Below, piece after piece: positions 41,896 through 55,660 of a DNA stretch of 64,000 bases (the stretch's first letter is position 1; the number at the start of each line of letters is the position of its first letter). The notes below the pieces were generated by a model, which saw only the letters and a program-made list of their open reading frames with translations, was not told the DNA's origin and searched no databases. The position numbers and the translations under genes are program-made. Source of the DNA: Octopus vulgaris (Eukaryota); the NCBI GenBank assembly GCA_951406725.2, contig OX597830.1, forward strand, positions 42,532,001 to 42,596,000, in the 5' to 3' direction.

Positions 41896-44069
41896 TGTAT
41901 GTATGTATGTATGTATGTATGTTTATGTATATGTTCATTTATAACCTGATAGAATGTCAGCAGTATAAAGCTGTCAGCATCTGAGCCCAAAACTGGTGGC
42001 TTTCTCACCCTGAGAAACTGCAGCTATTGAAAAGCCTAATATATCCCCAAACAAAAAGACTTAACTCTCATCAACCAAACACCTTATTAACTGATTTTTT
42101 TAAGCCTTTAGCTGATGACATTGTTTTATAATTCCTACAGAAACTTCACTGAAATTTTTATCAAAGTTTAAATCAAAAGTCAAACTATTCTTATCAATAG
42201 CATCAAAGCTGTTCCCTCTTCAATAATCTTTCAACAATATTCAGTAGCAGATGCACACACAGCAATCATTCAGTCGCTGGACCCATCATTGACAAAAAAA
42301 AAAGACTAACTGGAACAAATTTATGCATCACTCAATGGCAATTAGTGTTCTTTAGAATTCATGGATTCCTCACCATTAAGAACCACAGTGTCTGGAAGAT
42401 CAAAAATGCTTTTACATCTGTGATACTTTGAATAATGAAGATCTAAGTTACGAATTCTTTTTATAAGCAGAAAATTACATACAAATATACATATACATAC
42501 CAATGTACATACCTACCTACCTACCTACCTACCTACCTACCTACCTACCTACCTACCTACCTACCTACCTACCTACATACATACATACATACATACATAC
42601 ATACATACATACATACATACATACATACATGCATATATATTTAGTCTGAAGTTTTAGCCACTATTTGGATTCATGACCCAGCAGGTTTAGGTAGAGTATT
42701 GTCAAAACTGTAGTCAAAAAATCAGTAAAAATAATTCAGACCATATAAAACACACACACACACACACACAATTAAAGTTTTTGCAGTTCATTTTTTTACT
42801 ACATAATTTTGCTTTTATTTATAGTTTGCTTTGTGTAGTTTTATTCATTTATTTATTTATTTGCCGACCCTCCCCACTGCATTTAAATGGTCTGTTTAAA
42901 CTTGGCTATTGCTTTTTCATGCAGATGACGTCTAAGAGTAATTTATGCTCTCAATATTTCTCCATTGAGTGATGCAACTGGGATGTTGTCGGTAATGGTG
43001 CACAATAGATTACATCAGAGAATAACTATAAGAAAAACAGGAAGGAATTTTTCTTGTGTTGAATTACTCTTGAATTTCAAGAAAGAGGAAATTAATGTTC
43101 AGAGAAGACTTTTATTTTTGCCAAAAATAAATAGGAAAATACAAACCAATACATAATTACAATCATAGCTATTTTTTAAACTTTTTACACTTAAACTAAA
43201 TTCTATGCTTAAAATCGACCATATTGAAATTTTCAACTGGTGAGAACTATATATGCAGATATCAATATTCTCTCTCCATAAAGGCCGGTTGGTGCATATT
43301 AATGCATGTATTGCTGTTGTTGTTGCTGCTGTTGTTATGATACATTACTGCATCTTTCTGCCTCAAGTGAAATTTACCTAAAATACAGAGAATGGGATTT
43401 TGATGTAATTTATTTTTTGTACACTATTTTTTTTTTACTATTTTCAATGTCTTTTGATTAAACTCTAACATAAAGCAAAGATTACAAAACAGTTCACAGG
43501 AAAATAATATTTCGTATTTTTACATTAAAATTTAAATCATTATAAAACAACAATTCTATCATTTTTCCTTAATTTTAAAAGCATAATTGAGAGCAAAATA
43601 TCTGTCTATGCATGTGTCAGTGTGCGTGAGTGCGTATATATTTGTTGATATTTATTCATTTATTTCAAGAAAAATGTCACCATTTTCATTTTGGGAAATC
43701 GGTTACTGCTTGCCTGAAAAAAAAAGAAAGAAAGAAAGAAAGAAAGAAAGAAAAACCCATTTAACTTATATTGAGTTTAATACTCTCCTGTATAGAACTG
43801 ACAAACATAAATAAATGAATAAATACAATAAAGTTAATGGAGCTTTTGAAACAAACATTTATTGCTGCTGATCATTCAACCTGGGTTAAAACTGCACCAA
43901 AGTACAGCCTCATATATATTACATATTATGTATGTATGTATGTATGCATGCATGTATGTATGTATGTGTGTGTGTATGTATGTATATGCGTGTATGTATA
44001 TATGTATGCTTGTATATATACATATATATATGTATGTATGTGTGCATATATATATGTATATATATATAT

Positions 44070-44131
<62 letters not shown>

Positions 44132-44136
44132 GCACT

Positions 44137-44203
<67 letters not shown>

Positions 44204-44895
44204 TGCTTGCTTGTTTTACACCTGTTTTTCACTGATAGCTCATGTTTAAATAGGGTGCTATTTTGAGGCAGGATTTTACAGTTAAATGCCCTTTCTGCTG
44301 CTAGCTCCTACTTGCTTTTAAGAAAAGAATTATTTATTCCATAGTTCTTTGAAAAACAAAAGCAGATGCCTTTCCTGTCACTAATCCTTCTCCATTTTCC
44401 AAGTTAGAATCTTCATCAATGGTGAAAGGCCAGTGGATGATCTGTTGACAGGAGAAAGGATAACAATACCCATGCTTGCACCTCAGCTATCTTTTGTGAT
44501 GTGCAAAAGGTAAACAAATGCATGCACACACACCTATTACAAAGTGGGTTTTATTTCTTTTTCTGTGGGATCAGGCAGCAGATGGAAGAATGCATCGGGT
44601 GTGACACAAACTCTTGCTCCATCACTGGTGTAAGGGCAACAAACCATGAAGGTGCTCCCTTAGTGGTTAAAAATAGCAAGAACAATATCATTGTATGTGT
44701 TTTTAAAAAAAAGATCCCTGTTACTAAAACAGATCTCTTCTCTGCTTTTCATGTTAGGATCATCTTCAAAGGTGAAAAGTCAGTAGACAATTTGCTGACA
44801 GGGGAAAAGATGACAATGGCGGCTTTTGTGCTTCAGTAAATGTAAACAAACACACACATATATACACATATGCACATATGCATGATTTACTGAAA

Positions 44896-44926
<31 letters not shown>

Positions 44927-44933
44927 TTATATA

Positions 44934-46060
44934 TTGGGCTGTCAGGTAAATATTCTTTTTATTCCATTTATTTTCATCAATGATCTAAACAAATCAATCA
45001 ATGATATATATTCTCCTTCATTGTCCATGACTTCCTGTCAGTGTTACATTGGTTTGTTAATGCCTTAAGGGTAGGAATCATCAGGTCTTGGCTTGAGGAA
45101 TTCATTAAGCCATGTGTTTAGCTCCATGTCATTGTTGAATGCAATGCCTTGCAGACTGTTGGAGAGCAACTGCAAAAGGTGATAATGTGAAGGCACTATA
45201 CCAGGTGGGTGTGGTAGAATTTTGTAACCAAGCTCTTAATTGAATTTTTTATCAAAATAGCTATGTGGAGGCAAGCGTTGTCACGTTGAAGAAGTATGCC
45301 ATGTCACTGGTCAGGTTTTTTCAGCTGGATTATTTCATTGAGCCAGTACATTTGCTAAACATAAAGCTCTACCTTCAAACTTTTTTGTAGTGAATCAATC
45401 CAAACACAAATCATTGTCTTGCATGGATATAGCTCTGTGTTGGGACTTAGCCGTTTTTTCCCCTGGTTCACATTGACATAAAGAGACTATTTTTCATCAT
45501 TGGTGAGAGTACAATAAAGAAATCTCAGTGTCCATGAGTAAGCCTGGTGTTGTTCAAGCAAACTGGTAGCAATAGAGAACTGCTGGAGTTTGTCTCTTTT
45601 GTTCTTGCCATGTGGCATCCATACACCAAGGTTTTGGACCTTAAGCATCAAGTAAAGATGACAGGTTAGGGCATCATGAAAGCAACCCATCTGCTGGATC
45701 AGTTCCCAAGTGCATTGGTGCAGATCGTCATGGATGAGCTCATTCAGTTCATCTTCATTGAACTGAACAGGTCAGTTGGAACATGGAGAGTGTGGGAGGT
45801 CAAATTTCCCCTCCTTGAAATGAGAAGATAATTTCTATGATGTTCTTTTAGTAATGGTGCCTTCTTCACACTCAGCACAAGTGTCTTGAACAGCTTTGGA
45901 ATCCTGATTGAAAGCAAAGAGAAGCTTTTTTTTTTTTCTGCTTGGCAATCCATCATCACAGGTCTGAAAAGAGGTAAAATATATTCAAATTTTAAAAATA
46001 AACAAAAATTGTAAAAGGAAAAACAGTTACAAAAACACCTATAAAATATGACATAAAAAT
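44934..46060 (-). mobile_element. decayed mariner transposon (transposase pseudogene)
   Basis: Minus strand reads ELGYKILPHPPGIVPSHYHLLQLLSNSLQGIAFNNDMELNTWLNEF...EVMDNEGEYIID (decayed HPPYSPDLAPSDYHLF region); N-terminal LLFAFNQ near 45920; TA|TTGGGCTGTC end at 44934. Right boundary approximate. Confidence 0.8.
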
Positions 46061-46680
46061 ATTCCTCATGTTAATTCAAATAACATTGGAAAGAAGCAAA
46101 TGGAGTTATTAGAGTTTCTGTCAGTTTCTGCCCATATTGTATGGGAACAAGCATGGCAAAGAATAGACTCAATGTTTTCTCCGAATGTCATAAAAGTCGA
46201 CTAAAAAAAGTTGAGGTAGGATTTGCACTCTGACTGCATCATACCCTCACCAGCAACAACCACCTCAAACAGACCCATGGGTTGGAGGGTTATCATCTGA
46301 GTGGTGCAAAGGTGTCATCTGCCAGGAGTAGGGGATCAACAACAAATGGCGGATGCATGGGCAACACACTGTTACAGCACATACCCCTATACTACTACTA
46401 CTAAATCCACTCACTATGCTTGGTCAAGCTGGAGCTATAATAGAAGACATTTAGAGAAGGTGTTGCACAGTGGGACTGAACACAGAACCATATGGTTGGG
46501 AAGCAAACTTCTTCACCGTACCACTTCTATTCTGTAACTGTAATAAATATATTTCTTTCTGCAACAAAACTGTCATGATCGTAATGTGCCATACTTTGCC
46601 AGATGCCCCAGTGATCACATTCTTCTTTTGTGAGTGAGTGGAAATGAAAAGAGAGGTGGGAGGGAGTAGAGGGAGAGGGA

Positions 46681-46738
<58 letters not shown>

Positions 46739-47246
46739 AGGGAGAAAGAAATCAAATCCAGTGCCTGACAGTATTTTATTGACCCTGGGAATGATGAAAG
46801 GCAATTTTGATCTGGGCAGGATTTGAACTCAGAAAACAAAAGAGCTGAAACAAATACTGCAAAACAGTTGTCCAAGTATGTTAATGGTTCTATCAATCCA
46901 TACATTGATTTGCTTCTTAATCCTTGTGGATATTAATCCAACTGGATTGCGCTAAATCTCAGTGGACTTCTCTTTGCCCTTCATCTCTACTGATGTTATT
47001 TCGTTTTAGTCAATATGCAATTTGGATGATACAAACTACTAAAAGTGATGTAATGGAATATTTGTTTAAAACATAGACCAGGCATGGCTGTAGATGCAGG
47101 CATAGCTATGTGGTTAAGAAGCTCACTTTAGAACCACATCATTTCAGGTTCAGTTCCATACCACAGTACTTTGGTTCAGTGTCTTCTAGAAGAGTCCCAG
47201 GGTGACCAATGCCTTGTGAGTAAATTTGGTAGATGGAAATTATGTG

Positions 47247-47282
<36 letters not shown>

Positions 47283-47561
47283 CATTGTGTCTGTGTTTGT
47301 CTTCCACCACTGCTTGGCAACTGGTGTTGGTGTGTTTATGTCCCCATTATATGGTGGTTCAGCAAAATAGACTGATAAAATAAGTACCAGTCTTACAAAA
47401 CAAAATAAATAAGGACTGGGGTTGAATCATTTGACAAAAAACAAATTTTGCAATGTGGTACCCCAGCATGGCCATTACCAAATGACTGACACAAGTAAAA
47501 GATAAAAGACGAAATATGTGTGTGTGTGTATACATATATATATATATACATACATATATAC

Positions 47562-47622
<61 letters not shown>

Positions 47623-47659
47623 TATATATACATATATACATACATATATACATATACTC

Positions 47660-47794
<135 letters not shown>

Positions 47795-48279
47795 CAAATA
47801 GATAGATTTGGATACATACACACACATACAAGTATATTATAAATATGACTGAACTTTCAATGTACATTTATGATCTTCACCAAAAACATTTACATTGATA
47901 TTACTATCTATCCCTGTGAAACTCATTGAAATTTCTTTGAACATTTAATGGTTTAAACATGTTTGTTCAATTTTTACCTTGCAACTTTAAACACTCTTCT
48001 AAATTCTTATTTCGTACCATTGATAATATTTGTACCATTGATAAGCAAAAAATTGTCGAAACAAGTTTGGTTTGTGAATAAATCAATTACAAAATTTAAA
48101 AACGACTACGTTTCAAGATTCAGATGAATTTTCAAACTACAAAACAAATTGTCCTGTAATCTTTTCTACATGGGAATACACTTCTTCATTCTATATATAT
48201 ATATATATATGTGTATATATATATGTATATATATATGTGTGTGTATATGTATGTATATATATATATATATATATATATA

Positions 48280-48659
48280 CTAGCAGCATCACCCAGCGTT
48301 GCTCAGGTTTGTTTCGACCCTTTAGAATTGGAATTTTTGAAAAGTAAAAATTTTGCATTATGTAACTTTAAGTGAACATTTTTCTGGTTGAAATACACCG
48401 AAAAATGGCGACACAGCAGTAAAAAAAATCGTAAAAAATAGGGATTTTCATAGAAAAAAAGTACCTTTTTGATGTAAATATTTTTTGGTGTTAACATGGT
48501 TCGATTTGAATTTTTTCTTCTACAGAAGGAAGAGCAAGCCTTCTCCTATCATACCCTCAATTTTGGTTAACTTGCGCCGCAGGGTCTGGGAGAAGATAGT
48601 GTTAGTTAAAGGCTACCAAACCTGCCATACACAGACAACTTCAGCTTTATATATATAGA
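48280..48659 (-). mobile_element. non-autonomous Helitron
   Basis: Minus strand starts A|TCTATATATATAAAGCTGAAGTTGTCTG and ends CCTGAGCAACGCTGGGTGATGCTGCTAG|T (5' TC, subterminal hairpin, 3' CTAG, A/T target). Confidence 0.8.
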
Positions 48660-48945
48660 TATACATATACACACACACACACACATATATATATTTCTTT
48701 ATTGCCCACGGAGGGGGATATAGAGAAATATATAGAGGGGAAAAACAAAGGGATTAAGTCGATTACATCGACCCCAGTGAATAACTGGTACTTATTTAAT
48801 TGACCCTGAATGGATGAAAGGCAAAGTCTAGCCTGGCGGAATTTGAAATCTAAACATAACGGTAGACGAAATACCACTAAGCATTTCGCCTGGTGTGCTA
48901 ACGATTCTACTAGCCCACCACCCTATACACACACACACACATACA

Positions 48946-50186
48946 CAGTGTGCATGGTATTTGAGGACATACCTTTTTTGGGTCATTGCTGCATTTTTTG
49001 CTAACTCTGTATAACCTTTGTTTCAGAAAATAATAATGGCAGACCCTCAGCTGACACAAGAAAAGGCATGCTATTATTGTAATTATAAAGGCTGAGCAAA
49101 GCGATTTAGAAATATCTCAATTTTGAAAAGTTGCCAGGTCTTTCATCTACAAAGTTTGTAAGGAGCTAGAGACTGAAGATGGAAACATATCACCAGTATC
49201 AAAGCATAAAAAGCATTTTAAATGCTCTGAAATCATCAGAACACCTGAATTTATCCAGCAAGTTCAATAGACCATTGATTATAATCCCAGAACGTCCATG
49301 AGGACAATTGTAAAAAATCTCCAGGTGTCAGAAGGAACAGTCAGAAATGTTGTTCACAAAGACATCGGATATAAGTCTTATATGATGAGGAAAGGTCAAT
49401 TTGTCAGAAAACGCAAAAGAAAATCACTACATCAGATATAAAAGGCTCTTAATCAAACTGAAAAATCCAGCAGATTTGATTTGTTTTTTCTCAAATAAGA
49501 AAAACTTCAACCAAGATCAAAAAGTTAACAGAAGTAATGAGAGACCGTTATATGTAGACCCTTCTGAAGTTGCAAGTGTTATGCATAGAAAATTTCTTGC
49601 AGCTGTCATGGTTTTAGGAGTTGTTAGAAATGAAGTACTTCTTTCCACAAGGCCTTAGAGTTAACTCTGCTACCGACATTGAGGTCCTGGAAACAATTGT
49701 TAAGCCCTGGATAGACAGTGTATGCAATGGAAGGCCATATGTGTTTCAGTAAGACTCTGCGCTATTACACATGGCTCTAGTAACATAGGAATGGATGGCT
49801 GAAAATTTTGAAGATTGCATAACCCCTAACATTTGGCTTCTTAATTCCCCAGATCGTAATCCATTGGATTATTACATGTGGAGTGTCATTGAAAGAGAGT
49901 TCAATGAACATGCTCATTACACCAAAGATTCTTTGAAAGCTGCCATAGTCAGAATAATGTCCAAAATGAACCAGGACCACTTGATTCAAGCATGTAGATG
50001 ATTTTGATCCCAAATAGAAGCAATTGTGGAAGCTGAAGGTGACTTTATTGAACAACATTATAGAAAAGAAGGTTTATTTTTATCCTCATAGCATTTTTTT
50101 AGAAAGTTATTATCTGTTATTACTGTTATATATATATCTGTTTTTTTATAAACATAAATCTGTCCTCAAATATCTTACGTACCCTG
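48946..50186 (+). mobile_element. decayed Tc1/mariner superfamily DD37D (maT) transposon, near full length
   Basis: TIRs CAGTGTGCATGGTATTTGAGGACA / TGTCCTCAAATATCTTACGTACCCTG|TA; frame FQ*D-SALLH...WLLNSPDRNPL-D has 37 residues between the second and third catalytic Asp. Confidence 0.85.
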
Positions 50187-50234
<48 letters not shown>

Positions 50235-50286
50235 TCGATAGATAGATAGATAGATAGATATATATATATATATATGTATATATATT

Positions 50287-51159
50287 TGTGGCCTGATCAA
50301 TAAGTATCCGGACTGTTCTCATAGTAACAAAGCTAAGGCATGTAGAATGGAGCCGCTTGGCAAAGATTAACTTTGAATTTTGCTGTGCATGTGTACTGAG
50401 TTTTAATATTTTAGCTCGCTTCCACTGTTTACAGCAGTGCTTGGAAGGAAGGTGTTTGGCATGTGATCATTGCATTAACCACAGCAGAGAAAGTTGAACA
50501 GAGAATCTGCATCAAAGTTTGTCAAAACGTTGGTGATATCTGGTCAGACTCCTACGCAAAGTTTCCTGAAAGTTTTCATTGTTTGCAACACAATCAAGGA
50601 GATCTTGTACAACTGAAACCTGAGTGTCTTTTTGATGAGCTGAAAGCAATTTTGGCTCAAACGTGGCAGACATGCATCTCATACCCAAATCTTCAGCAAT
50701 AATGGACTGAACTGAACTGTAACTAATTTGCACATCCTCTGATAACTCATAGATGATGATTCAATGATTTCTCCTCACAGCTGCATGCACATTTGTGATG
50801 ATTTTCTCAGTTCTGCTGGTTTCAGATCTCCTATAACGTTTGTCAATAACGACATTTTTCAGCCATCTTGGAAACATCTGACCACTTGTACACTTGTGTG
50901 CAGCTCATACACTTCTGTCCATATACTTTCTGCAACTTTGCATAGGCGTCTGAGCAGGTATCGCCATGACAACTTTCTCTGTCATGATCAATGTGATGGT
51001 CACATGCTACACACCTTCCTTCCAAGCACTGCTGTAAACAGCAGAAGTGAGCTAGAATGTGAAAACTTAGTGCACATACACAACAGAGTTGAAGGTCAGT
51101 CTTTGCTACGCAGCTTCACTCTGCATGCTTTAGCTTCGTTACTTATTGATCAGACCCCA
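50287..51159 (-). mobile_element. mariner-derived element with the 5' end duplicated in inverted orientation
   Basis: Ends GGCCTGATCAATAAGTA / TACTTATTGATCAGACCCCA|TA; + strand EQRICIKVCQ; minus strand YAKLQKVYGQKCMSCTQVYKW and ISYSSVQSIIAEDLGMRCMSATFEPKLL (mariner HTH and WVPHEL-type region). Confidence 0.85.
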
Positions 51160-51209
51160 TATTCTATACAGAAAATACTTCCCTCTAATCTATAAACCAT
51201 ATACATATA

Positions 51210-51430
51210 CAGGGTTGGCCAAAAGTCACCAGACAGTAAATCAGAACCATTTAATTCCAAGATTAAAACAAAAAGTTATTTTATATGAGACTTTGCTAAT
51301 AGACAAATGTTGAAAAAATCGGCGATTTTAACACACAGCATTTAATTATTGAACATTCGTAATTGGAATGAATAAATAAAATTGAATTTTAAGTACTTAT
51401 GGAATTTTTGATTTACTATTGGGTGACTTT
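51210..51430. mobile_element. Tc1/mariner-type MITE, right end clipped
   Basis: TA|CAGGGTTGGCCAAAAGTCACCAGACAGTAAATCA pairs with TGATTTACTATTGGGTGACTTT. Confidence 0.6.
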
Positions 51431-51441
51431 ATATATATCAC

Positions 51442-51495
<54 letters not shown>

Positions 51496-51894
51496 ACCAT
51501 CATCATCATCATTTAATGTCCACTTTCCATGCTGGCATGAGTTGGACGGTTGGACAGTTTAACTGAGGTCTGGCAAGCCAGTGGGCTGCACCAGGCTTCA
51601 ATCTGATCTAGCAATATTTCTACAGCTGGATGCCCTTCATAATGCCAACCACTGTGAGAGTGTAGTGGGTGCTTTTTACATGCCACCGGTAAGGGCGCCA
51701 GTCAGGAGGCACTGGCATCGACCATATTCAGATGGCACATTTTATGTGCCACTGGCATGGGAGCCAGTCAGGTAATATATATACATATATGTATATATAG
51801 ATTGGTATATATTCTACCAATCCAACACCCTTAAACCGGGATGTTAATATCAATACTTATCATTTTATCAACCTCTGCTGCTTATTCTATCGCT

Positions 51895-52218
51895 GAAGGT
51901 GTGTAGCTTAGTGGTTAGGGGCATTCGGTTCATGATTGTAAGGTTGTGAGTTCAATTCCCAGTGATGCGTTGTGTCCTTGAGCAAGACACTTTATTTCAC
52001 ATTGCACCAGTCCACTCGGCTGATAAAAATGAGTAGTACCTGTATTTCAGGGGCCCAGCCTTGTCACACTCTGTGTCACGCTGAATCTCCCTAAGAGCTA
52101 TGTTGGGGGTATGTGTGTCTGTGGAGTGCTCAGCCACTTGCACGTTAATTTCACGAGTAAGCTGTTCCATTGAATGTATCAGCTGGGACCCTCATCATCG
52201 TAACAGATGGAGTGCTCC
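51895..52218 (+). mobile_element. tRNA-derived SINE (family C-type head)
   Basis: GAAGGTGTGTAGCTTAGTGGTTAG...GAGTTCAATTCCC then GTTGTGTCCTTGAGCAAGACACTT body. Confidence 0.75.
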
Positions 52219-52264
52219 TATATATATACACACACACACACACATATATACATATATACATATA

Positions 52265-52323
<59 letters not shown>

Positions 52324-52352
52324 CATATATATATATACATATATATATATAC

Positions 52353-52407
<55 letters not shown>

Positions 52408-52798
52408 CTTATATATAATCTGTATCACTGTTTCAACCAGGCTATCAATGCTATGCATCACTGGTCACAATATGTTTCCATGTGTTTCTTGATTGCACCA
52501 TTCTTTTCCATCTTGTCCCAAATTGCCAAACCAGATCATTCTTCCATTGTTGTGGAGGCTTTCTGAGTAGCCTTTTCTGATCTCTTGGATACAATTTGGC
52601 AATTGCTTTGGAATCTTTTACTAGATTCAGTCATTGGCCTGCGGTCATTCTTTCAAGGGTTTAATTAATTATACTGACCTCAGCACTTATTGATATCTGG
52701 TGATTATTTTAATGAATTCCTATTTGTTGAAGGTACATAAATTACATTCACACACATATGCCTGCTTATGCATATATGTACATATATATGTGCATGTT

Positions 52799-52852
<54 letters not shown>

Positions 52853-53170
52853 ATATACACACACATACATATATGTATATATACACATACATGATATATA
52901 TATATGTATATATACACACACACACACACACACATATATGCCTATGTATACATACATACATACATGTGTATGTGTGTGTATGTGTGTAAAAGAGAAAAAC
53001 GAAATCAAAAGTAAGCAGAATATTATGAATAGACATATACACGTTCATATATATCTATACAGATACACACACGCTCATACAAGTAGGAATGAATATATAT
53101 ATTTGTATATACTTATATATATGCATATACATATATATATGTCTATTAATCTGTCTCTCTCTCTCTCTCT

Positions 53171-53222
<52 letters not shown>

Positions 53223-53615
53223 TACACACATAGAAAGGGAGATAGAGAGAGAGAGGTAGAGACAGAACAAAGAGAAAGAGCAAAACGTAAGAGACAGACA
53301 CAAGCAGAGGTGTACAGTGTGAGAGAAGAGGGCAAGTAGAGAGAATGACAGACAGAGAGAGGGGGGATGAAGAGAGGGAGAGAAAGGAAGGGAGGGAAGA
53401 GATGAAGAAAAAGAGAGTACAGGGAACCTCTGAAGACATTTTAGCCAAAGTAACCAAAATAACAAAAAAAGAAAAACAAGAGAGAAAGAAAGAAAGGAAG
53501 AAAGCAAAAGTGAATTAAAACTATATCCACTATATCCAGAGTGTAATGTGAACTAGCTTATTATTTGTCATCCTGTCTGCAATAGGAATCCAACCCTTAC
53601 TCTATAACAAAAACA

Positions 53616-53666
<51 letters not shown>

Positions 53667-54057
53667 GTGATGGCGATGGCGATGATGATGATGATGGTGG
53701 CGATGATGAGGAGGAGGAGGATGGCGATGATGATGATGATGATGATAAAATATGTATAAAAGGTTATCCACCATCCATTATCTGTGTTATAAATTTCATA
53801 TCTTCGAGCAGCAAATCATAAAAGAATATTTTCAAACAATTATTGATTGATATATCTGGAATTTTCCTCTCTAAAAACATTTTCTGTGTGGAGTGATGTT
53901 GCTCTATTGATCTTATTGTCAATGGAGTAAACTCTGTTGGCAAGCAAGGAAGGAACTATTTTAGTTTTACAGTACATATTGTTGTTGTGAGCACTGATGA
54001 TATCTCTGCAACAGATCATATATGATATATATATATATATAAGTATATACACCTATA

Positions 54058-54195
<138 letters not shown>

Positions 54196-54269
54196 TATAT
54201 AAACCTATATATATATGTATATATATATACACACATACACATACACATATATGTATGTATGTATGTATG

Positions 54270-54333
<64 letters not shown>

Positions 54334-54342
54334 CACATACAC

Positions 54343-54375
<33 letters not shown>

Positions 54376-54635
54376 TGTATATATATATATATATGCGCGT
54401 GTGTGTGTGCATGGATTATATATATATACAGATAAGAGTATAAATATATAAATATATATATATGTAGACAAGTATATATATATATATATATACTCATATA
54501 TATAATATATAAATGTATATATGTAGACAAGTATATATATATATATATATATGTATATATGTGTGTATTGATTTATTGCATAGGCATGAGACCAATTTTT
54601 TTAATATATAAAAACACATACATGTACCCTTATGT

Positions 54636-54681
<46 letters not shown>

Positions 54682-54728
54682 TATGTATAAGGGTATGTGT
54701 ACGTGTATATACATATGTGTATGTATGA

Positions 54729-54766
<38 letters not shown>

Positions 54767-54795
54767 TACAGTTGATATATATATTTACATGGTGT

Positions 54796-54846
<51 letters not shown>

Positions 54847-55244
54847 GGTGCGGTATGTATATATATACACTGTAATATGAAATACACACAAGAACTCAAT
54901 AGAGAGGAACCTGAAGTATATGATGTACGCAGCCTCCAAGAGTGATGTTGCTAGCAATATTCAGAGTTTTGCTAAATGATTATATAACATTGTGCTTTGA
55001 GTTAACAGTGATAAACTAGAAGGACTTCAAATGGTCAAAATACACACATGTAATCAGTTAAGTGACTGCTTTTGAGGAGCTTGTTTTCTTTTATGCTCTG
55101 TGTAATGCAGGGGAAAATAATTCTAAAAGCAGAGAAGGATTTCTTTTGGATCAGTTTCAGTTACAAATTTCAGGGCTAATTTATCTTTTTATCTTTTACT
55201 TGGTCAAGTCAATGGACTGTGACTATGCTACTGTGCCTCCTTTA

Positions 55245-55660
55245 TGAAACTCAACATCCTGAGATCAATCTACATAATTTCATTCCATGTCTTTGTGGGT
55301 CTCCAACTTCCACTGGTTCCATCCATATTTGATGTTCAGCACTTCTTTATGCAGCTGTCCTCATCCATACACATCACATGACCATACCGGCACAGTCTTC
55401 TCCCTTGCATACCATAGCTGATTCTTCTCATGTCTAAATTTTCCCTCAACGTATTTACTCTTTATCTTACATGCACACTGACATTGCACATCCAATGGAG
55501 CTTGCTAACTTTATTCCTTCCTAGTCTTTGCATGTCCTCTGCATTTACAGCCCACATTTCACTACCATGTGGCAATGCAGTTCAAACACAAACACCATAC
55601 AATTTTCCTTTCATTCTGAGGGAGAATGCTTTTGTTACCAACAGAATTAGTATCTCTGAA
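55245..55660 (-). mobile_element. old RTE LINE ORF fragment
   Basis: Minus strand LHWMCNVSV...RRLCRYGHVMCMDEDSCIKKC...WRPTKTWNE matches the RTE RLRWYGHV.RM...GRP.KTW motif. Confidence 0.75.

Noticed and set aside
42925-42991. AG...GT-bounded unique segment after a pyrimidine tract
   Set aside because: Stops in all three frames; a non-coding exon cannot be supported from sequence alone.
44370-44870. Two diverged ~150-bp direct repeats ~340 bp apart (possible LTR pair)
   Set aside because: Too diverged; no TG...CA ends, PBS, PPT or TSD seen; more likely two old copies of a dispersed repeat.
51895-51965. tRNA-like sequences with A and B boxes (also 7370-7440, 18531-18590, 62742-62830)
   Set aside because: No complete cloverleaf; each continues into a multi-copy SINE body.
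53890-54000. Box C-like GTGATGT ... CTGA (C/D snoRNA?)
   Set aside because: Imperfect box C, no terminal stem, no recognisable guide sequence.
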